This document shows, piece after piece, positions 58,813 through 64,000 of a stretch of 64,000 bases of DNA. The stretch comes from Candidatus Saccharicenans sp. (GTDB lineage Bacteria > Acidobacteriota > Aminicenantia > Aminicenantales > Saccharicenantaceae). The stretch is from positions 146,677 through 210,676 of the forward strand of contig JASEIU010000001.1 of assembly GCA_030017715.1 (NCBI GenBank), given 5' to 3'. The translations under genes and the position numbers were made by a program. The notes under the pieces are model-generated. The model did not search any database. It had not been told where the DNA came from and worked only from the letters and a program-made list of their open reading frames with translations. How positions within the stretch are numbered: position 1 is the stretch's first letter; every line of letters begins with the position of its first letter.

Positions 58813-59890
58813 ATTCCCCCCAGCCAGCCTTTTGTCTATGAAGTTTAAGCTTCAGAAAATCCCTGGAAGTCCTGACCAGGTATTCCAGTATTTTTCTTTT
58901 TTCCTTCCTGTATTCTCTCGGAGACATCTCCGGCGCGTATTTTTTCAGATAGCCAAAAAGTGATTTTTCCTGGCCGCCGTCCTGCCAGTTCTGGAAAAGC
59001 TCATTCAGGGCCTTTAAGTATGCTTCCAGTTCATCTTGGCTGATCTTGTTTCTGTCCAGATAGCGTTTAAGAAGAACGGCGTTTCTGATTCTTAATTCTT
59101 CTATCCAGGCATTCAAATCGGGGCTCTCAATTTCGGTCTCGGTTCTGGCCCGGATTGCCGAACTGTTTCTGGCTTCAGACAGTAAATAGCCTTTCTGAGT
59201 CTCGATGTAAGTTTCAAGAAGGGTGTTAAGGGGAATTTCGACTGACAATTTCTGTTCGGAGAGGAATTCAACCAGTCGATTGAAAAACTTCGGAACCTGC
59301 AGACCGGCCAGTCCCTGGTTGAGACAGATTTCGACCAGCCAGTCAGACTGGTCGGCGGCTGACACTTTTGGCTTCTTCCGGCCGGAGTGTTCAGGCCGGA
59401 TAACAACTCTGGTCCGGCCGTTGTCCTTAATTATCCGGCAGCCGGGAAGCTTTTTCAGGGTATAAAGGATTTCCCTCTTGATTTTGGCTCGCTCCGGACG
59501 GATCTCGCTGCTAAGGTAATAAAAAGTTTGCTTTAGTCGGCGGGCCAGGATATTTCTCAGATAACGCCTGAAGTCCGCCTCTTCGGCGGCCATGAATTTC
59601 TCGACGATTCTCCAGTTAAATAGCCTTTCCAGGACCGGAAACCTGCCCTGCCCGTTCCTGATGAACAGCGACGAGATGGTCAGGAGGGCAATGTCCCGCG
59701 GCTGGTAGCCGGCCAGCTTCAAGTATACCCCGCTCTGTTTTCTGACCAGGGGAAGGAGCAGCCGGACCATGGACATAATCAGGTCTTCCAGGTCGGATTC
59801 TTTATAGTTGTTATTTATGATGTAAAGAAGCTTGAGGAGAATTTTCCGTTCCTCGGCCAAGATACCTGCCTGAAAAAGGAAATTCTCCAT
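58793..59890 (-). CDS. hypothetical protein (365 aa), weak sigma-70 region-2-like strings only
   Basis: The start is set at MENFLFQAG. DLEDLIMSMV and FRRYLRNILARRL are only faintly sigma-like, so no family call is made. Confidence 0.5.
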   Translation of the reverse strand: MENFLFQAGILAEERKILLKLLYIINNNYKESDLEDLIMSMVRLLLPLVRKQSGVYLKLAGYQPRDIALLTISSLFIRNGQGRFPVLERLFNWRIVEKFMAAEEADFRRYLRNILARRLKQTFYYLSSEIRPERAKIKREILYTLKKLPGCRIIKDNGRTRVVIRPEHSGRKKPKVSAADQSDWLVEICLNQGLAGLQVPKFFNRLVEFLSEQKLSVEIPLNTLLETYIETQKGYLLSEARNSSAIRARTETEIESPDLNAWIEELRIRNAVLLKRYLDRNKISQDELEAYLKALNELFQNWQDGGQEKSLFGYLKKYAPEMSPREYRKEKRKILEYLVRTSRDFLKLKLHRQKAGWGEYDGQEL

Positions 59891-60174
59891 AATTAAACGC
59901 CAATTGCCTGCCCCTGTCAAGAACATATTGAAAAGGGGTAATCGGTCGGGATATAATGATTCAGGTCCCCGGGCAGGGGCTTATGAAAGGTGTCTCTGCT
60001 TTCGTAAGCGGCGGACGGGATCTCAGGCCGACGGCGCGGCCTTGATTTCTTTCCGTCCGCTGCCAGAGAGATTCCCCGGTGGATGGATGAAGCTACGAAG
60101 CCGGGGAGAAGGCCGGGACAGATTTCTCCGCCCGCTCCGGCCCGCCGCGGAAACCGGGAGGCTAAAGGTAAAAG

Positions 60175-60203
60175 TTGACTATTTTGCGGTTTTTGGCTAA
60201 TAT
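60175..60203 (+). promoter_or_regulatory. sigma70 promoter of the rpsP operon, TTGACT-N17-TAATAT
   Basis: Read directly. It lies about 35 nt upstream of the rpsP ATG. Confidence 0.6.
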
Positions 60204-60238
60204 TTTAGCCTATTTTTATTGAAGGTGAGAAGCAGACC

Positions 60239-60505
60239 ATGATTAAATTGCGCCTGATCAGATTTGGAGCCAGAAAAAAGCCCTCTTACCGGATCGTGGC
60301 CATCGATTCCCGCAGGGCCAGACAGAGCCGGACTCTCGATACCCTGGGTTATTACAACCCCCGGACCGAGCCTCTGGAATTCAAGATCGACCTTAACAAG
60401 GTGGATTACTGGCTAAAGAAGGGAGCCCAACCTTCCGAAACCGTCAATTCGCTGATAAATAGAGCAGTTAAGGGTAGCAAATCAACCCAAGATTCTAAGT
60501 CTTAA
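60239..60505 (+). CDS. rpsP: 30S ribosomal protein S16
   Basis: [25 protein letters not shown] is the canonical S16 N-terminus. Confidence 0.95.
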   Translation: MIKLRLIRFGARKKPSYRIVAIDSRRARQSRTLDTLGYYNPRTEPLEFKIDLNKVDYWLKKGAQPSETVNSLINRAVKGSKSTQDSKS

Positions 60506-60516
60506 AGGAGGTCACT

Positions 60517-60753
60517 GTGAAAGAACTGGTTGAAATGATTGCCAAGTCACTGGTTGACAATCCGGACAAGGTGCAGGTTTCCCAGCTTGAAGGGGAACAG
60601 ACCACCATCCTGGAACTCAAGGTTGCTCCTGAAGATCTGGGAAAGGTGATCGGAAAGCAGGGCCGGACTGCTCGAGCCATCCGGGTTATTCTGGGTGCCG
60701 CCGGTATGAAGATGAAACGGAGATTCAACCTGGAAATCATTGAAAAGGGTTGA
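60517..60753 (+). CDS. KH-domain RNA-binding protein (YlqC/UPF0109)
   Basis: It has a GTG start after AAAGGAGG. It carries [18 protein letters not shown], with the GxxG KH motif. Confidence 0.85.
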   Translation: MKELVEMIAKSLVDNPDKVQVSQLEGEQTTILELKVAPEDLGKVIGKQGRTARAIRVILGAAGMKMKRRFNLEIIEKG

Positions 60754-61261
60754 GCTGGTTGCCATTGGTCGAATAATCCGGAGTGAAGGAAAGGATGGCA
60801 CTCTAAAAATCAGACTCTATCAAAAGAGCCTGAGAGAGCCATTCTTTAAGAAAATTTATCTCGAATCAGAAGGGGAATTAAGGGACTATGAAGTTGAGAG
60901 TTTCAGGATAGTCCGTAATTCTCCCTTTTTAAGATTAAAGGGCGTTAATAGCCTGGAAGAGGCAGAGGCCCTTAGAGGGCGCGAGATTCTGGTCAGGCCG
61001 GAGGATTTTCCAGCTCTGGAAAGCGGACTTTATTATGATTTCCAGCTGCTGGGTTGCCTGGTGGAAACCGTGGCTGGCCGGGAGCTGGGGCCGGTGGTGG
61101 AACTGATCACCGTGGGCCAGGCCAGTCTTCTGGTGGTTGAGGTCGGCGGGAAAAAGATTGAAATCCCGCTGGTTGAGGCCATCTGCCGGCGGATTGACCC
61201 GGCGGCGGGGAAGATTGTAATTGACCCGCCGGAAGGTTTACTGGAATTAAATGAGGTTTGA
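60740..61261 (+). CDS. rimM: 16S rRNA processing protein RimM
   Basis: It has a TTG start in the ORF track. [19 protein letters not shown] and a PRC-barrel C-terminus are present, and its operon position is conserved. Confidence 0.85.
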   Translation: MKRVELVAIGRIIRSEGKDGTLKIRLYQKSLREPFFKKIYLESEGELRDYEVESFRIVRNSPFLRLKGVNSLEEAEALRGREILVRPEDFPALESGLYYDFQLLGCLVETVAGRELGPVVELITVGQASLLVVEVGGKKIEIPLVEAICRRIDPAAGKIVIDPPEGLLELNEV

Positions 61262-61988
61262 TATCGTAACCATTTTCCCCGGTCTGCTGGAAAGCCTGCT
61301 GACGGCCGGAGTGCTGAAAAAGGCCGTGGAAAAAGGCATACTTCAGGTCGGAATTCACGACCTGAGAGATTATACGACCGATAAACACCGGCAGGTTGAT
61401 GACAGACCCTTTGGAGGTCAGGAAGGCATGGTGCTTAAACCGGAGCCCATTTTCAGGGCAGTCGAGGCCATTAAGGAGTCTGATGGGTCGGTGACCTGCC
61501 TGCTGACTCCGCAGGGAGAGAGGTTTGATTCGCGGCTGGCCGAAAAACTGGCCGGCTTCAAGCAAGTTATTCTGATCTGCGGTCGTTATGAAGGCGTTGA
61601 CGAAAGAGTGGTTGAGCACCTGGTGGACAGGGAGATTTCCATCGGCGATTATGTGCTGACTGGCGGCGAGCTGGCCGCGGCCGTGGTGGTGGAAGCTGTC
61701 TCCCGGTTTGTGCCGGGAGTTGTCGGCAAGGAAGAATCGGTCCGCCACGACTCGTTCACGGCCGGGTTGCTGGATTTTCCCCAGTATACCAGGCCGCGCG
61801 AATTTCGCGGATACCGGGTGCCTTCGGTTCTCTTTTCCGGAGACCATAAGAAAATCGCCCGCTGGCGATTGAAAAAAGCCCTGGAAAAAACTCTGGCCCG
61901 CAGGCCGGATTTACTGGAATCAAGGCAGCTGTCCTCGGAAGAAGAGGAACTCCTTGATGAAATCAAGAAAGAAAGGAAAAACTCATGA
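61251..61988 (+). CDS. trmD: tRNA (guanine37-N1)-methyltransferase TrmD
   Basis: [12 protein letters not shown]..., [11 protein letters not shown] and GDYVLTGGE are present. Confidence 0.95.
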   Translation: MRFDIVTIFPGLLESLLTAGVLKKAVEKGILQVGIHDLRDYTTDKHRQVDDRPFGGQEGMVLKPEPIFRAVEAIKESDGSVTCLLTPQGERFDSRLAEKLAGFKQVILICGRYEGVDERVVEHLVDREISIGDYVLTGGELAAAVVVEAVSRFVPGVVGKEESVRHDSFTAGLLDFPQYTRPREFRGYRVPSVLFSGDHKKIARWRLKKALEKTLARRPDLLESRQLSSEEEELLDEIKKERKNS

Positions 61989-62332
61989 GCAACTTGGTAA
62001 GAACAGTCGAGGAAAAACATATGCGCCAGGATATAGAGCCTTTCAGGGTGGGCGACACCGTCAAGGTTCACGTCCTGATCCGGGAAGGGGATAAGGAAAG
62101 AATCCAGATTTTCAAGGGCGATGTCATTGCCAGGAGAGGCTCAGGACTGGGGGCCACCTTTACCGTCAGGAAGGTTTCCTACGGAATCGGGGTGGAGAGG
62201 ATTTTTCCGCTGCATTCAAAAATGGTTAAAAAGGTTGAGGTGGTCCGCCACGGCAAGGTTCGCCGGGCCAAGCTTTACTATCTCCGCCAGCTCAAGGGAA
62301 AAGCGGCCAAGCTGAAGGAAGAGCAGCAGTAA
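61985..62332 (+). CDS. rplS: 50S ribosomal protein L19
   Basis: [11 protein letters not shown]...[15 protein letters not shown]. Its start overlaps the trmD stop as ATGA. Confidence 0.95.
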   Translation: MSNLVRTVEEKHMRQDIEPFRVGDTVKVHVLIREGDKERIQIFKGDVIARRGSGLGATFTVRKVSYGIGVERIFPLHSKMVKKVEVVRHGKVRRAKLYYLRQLKGKAAKLKEEQQ

Positions 62333-62424
62333 GGCGTCGTTCTCGGCTGGCCAGTAATTTTCGAAAAATTTTGACTATCACTCCGGGGTCGACCGGAAGG
62401 GGGAAATTTTATAGAATACTATTG

Positions 62425-63057
62425 ATGATTGGGTTTCAGACTGAGAAGACTCTGTTGCAGGAGGGCCGGAGACACCTGGCTGGTCTTGATGAAGTCGGCC
62501 GCGGTTCTCTCCTGGGACCGGTGGTGGCCGTGGCCGTGCTGTTCCCGCCCGATTTCTTTCTTAAGAGAAAGCCTGCCTGGACCGGAGCAGTTATCGATTC
62601 CAAGCTTCTTTCTCCGACTAAAAGGCTGGAGCTCTCGGGAAAAATACTGGAAGCGGCGGCCGACCTGGGAGTGGGCTATGCCACTCACTTAGAGATTGAC
62701 AGGCTGAACATCTACCGGGCCAGCCAGCTGGCCATGGTCCGGGCTCTGCGGGAACTGAGCCTCAAGCCGGATGCGATTTTAGTTGACGGCTATCCCCTGA
62801 AAGGTATAGATTATTTTCAGATGGCGGTGCCGCAAGGAGACAGGAAAATTTTCTCTATTGCTGCAGCCTCAATAGTGGCCAAGGTTTTCAGAGATAAACT
62901 TATGGACACCCTGGACGGGATATATCCCGGATATCAGCTCAGCCGGAACCGTGGTTATGCCACTGAAGATCATTATCGGGCTCTGGAGCAAAACGGGCCC
63001 TGTTCCCTTCACCGCAAGAGCTTCAGGCTGTATAAAGAAAGAGCGCTTCTAAAATGA
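62425..63057 (+). CDS. rnhB: ribonuclease HII
   Basis: The start is set at MIGFQTEK. It has AGLDEVGRGSLLGPVV and DSKLLS motifs. Confidence 0.9.
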   Translation: MIGFQTEKTLLQEGRRHLAGLDEVGRGSLLGPVVAVAVLFPPDFFLKRKPAWTGAVIDSKLLSPTKRLELSGKILEAAADLGVGYATHLEIDRLNIYRASQLAMVRALRELSLKPDAILVDGYPLKGIDYFQMAVPQGDRKIFSIAAASIVAKVFRDKLMDTLDGIYPGYQLSRNRGYATEDHYRALEQNGPCSLHRKSFRLYKERALLK

Positions 63058-64000
63058 ACGGCAAGTTTGACCGGATTAAAATCATCGAGCAGGCCGAAAA
63101 ACTGGTCCGGGCCGGGAAGCTGCGGGAAGCCATAATAGAGTACGAGAAACTGCTGGACGAGGATCCGGCGGATGTCAGCATAAATAACATCGTCGGCGAC
63201 CTCTATGTTCGCCTGGGCCAGACCGAAAGGGCCATCAAGGCCTTTGAGAAGGTGGCGGCTGAATATGGGAAAAAAACACAGTATTCCCAGGCTTTGGCCA
63301 TTCTGAAAAAAATCTGCCGACTCAACCCCGAGAACCCTGTTTATTTCATAGAAATGGCCGACCTCTACACCCGCCAGGGTTTTACGGCCGAGGCCAAGAG
63401 AGAATACCTCAGGGTGGCCGAGATTTACCTGAGAGCCAAGCGGGTTGAGGAAGCAATTGAGCTCTATGAAAAAGTGGTCAGGCTGGATCGCGACGACCTA
63501 AATGCCAGGATGCAACTGGCAGCCCTGTATAAACTCGACGGGCGTCTCGACCGTGCAGTCAATGAGCTGCTGGAGGCGGCCGACCTGAAGCTGGCTGACA
63601 AACGGATTGATGAAGCCTACAAGATACTGGTCGAGGCCAGGAAGCTTAATCCCGATAATCCCCGAGCCAGTCTGAAACTGGCCCAGGTTTTAAGGCTTAA
63701 AGGACAAGCAGAAGAAGCCATGGAACTGGCCAGGGCGGCCATGGAGAAGAATCCTCACGACCTGGAGGCTCTGAACTTTCTGGGCAACGTCTATTTCGAG
63801 GAAGGCAAGTTTGATGCGGCCAAGGAAATTTTCACTGAGATCTTGAATTTTTATCCGCTGAATGTCAATGCCAGGTACAGGCTGGGCAGAATCAACCTGG
63901 GGCAGGGAGATGTGGACCGGGCTTTTGAGTATTTTGAGCCCCTGATTGACAGCTATCTTAAGAAGAAAAAGGAAGAAAAAGCCGTTGGTTTGATCGGCCT
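63054..64000 (+). CDS. TPR-repeat protein, 3'-truncated by the window edge
   Basis: This ORF is not in the ORF track and was translated by hand. The ATG overlaps the rnhB stop as ATGA. MNGKFDRIKIIEQAEKLVRAGKLREAI... has repeated TPR-like A..Y/L..G...A periodicity, and the frame stays open to 64000. Confidence 0.7.
   Translation, partial: MNGKFDRIKIIEQAEKLVRAGKLREAIIEYEKLLDEDPADVSINNIVGDLYVRLGQTERAIKAFEKVAAEYGKKTQYSQALAILKKICRLNPENPVYFIEMADLYTRQGFTAEAKREYLRVAEIYLRAKRVEEAIELYEKVVRLDRDDLNARMQLAALYKLDGRLDRAVNELLEAADLKLADKRIDEAYKILVEARKLNPDNPRASLKLAQVLRLKGQAEEAMELARAAMEKNPHDLEALNFLGNVYFEEGKFDAAKEIFTEILNFYPLNVNARYRLGRINLGQGDVDRAFEYFEPLIDSYLKKKKEEKAVGLIG

Noticed and set aside
1-64000. CRISPR arrays, tRNA/rRNA genes and IS elements.
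   Set aside because: Reading the spacers turned up no regularly spaced direct repeats, no tRNA T-loop/acceptor patterns (GGTTCGAATCC-like) and no transposase or integrase-like translations.

Overview
This 64-kb window looks bacterial and diderm: it has Tat and Sec signal peptides and beta-barrel proteins ending in Phe. I support about 57 protein-coding genes. I saw no rRNA, tRNA, CRISPR array, transposase or integrase, and no classical HTH or two-component regulator. By eye, coding DNA is moderately GC-rich and most spacers are AT-rich, so four long GC-rich ORF-free spacers stand out. Housekeeping blocks sit at both ends: hflX-miaA, accBC and ffh on the left, and rpsP-KH-rimM-trmD-rplS-rnhB on the right. 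The middle is accessory-like, with secreted metalloproteases, GWxTD/TPR proteins, a GH29 fucosidase with a Na+/solute symporter, a ClC channel and outer-membrane barrels.

The most interesting locus is a minus-strand cluster at 26.4-35.5 kb. An Isp-type [NiFe] hydrogenase (hynS-isp1-isp2-X-hynL-protease) lies directly downstream of tusA, two dsrE-family genes and a GcvH-like lipoyl carrier. A LplA-like lipoate ligase follows it, and there are no sHdr or Dsr catalytic genes. This suggests an undescribed H2-linked sulfur-relay or lipoyl-protein redox module.

The second candidate is a translationally coupled three-gene operon of unknown function at 55.7-59.9 kb. Its largest product combines a Lon (S16)-like domain retaining the Ser/Lys pattern, one TM helix and FG-GAP-like repeats.

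Other observations:
- A palindromic operator (ATATGAW-N6-TTCATAT) occurs upstream of three unlinked metabolic genes.
- A perfect 36-bp direct repeat brackets a lipoprotein gene.
- A long structured leader with an attenuator-like terminator precedes a FadL-like porin gene.

All protein calls rest on motif recognition in the supplied translations; no database search was possible.
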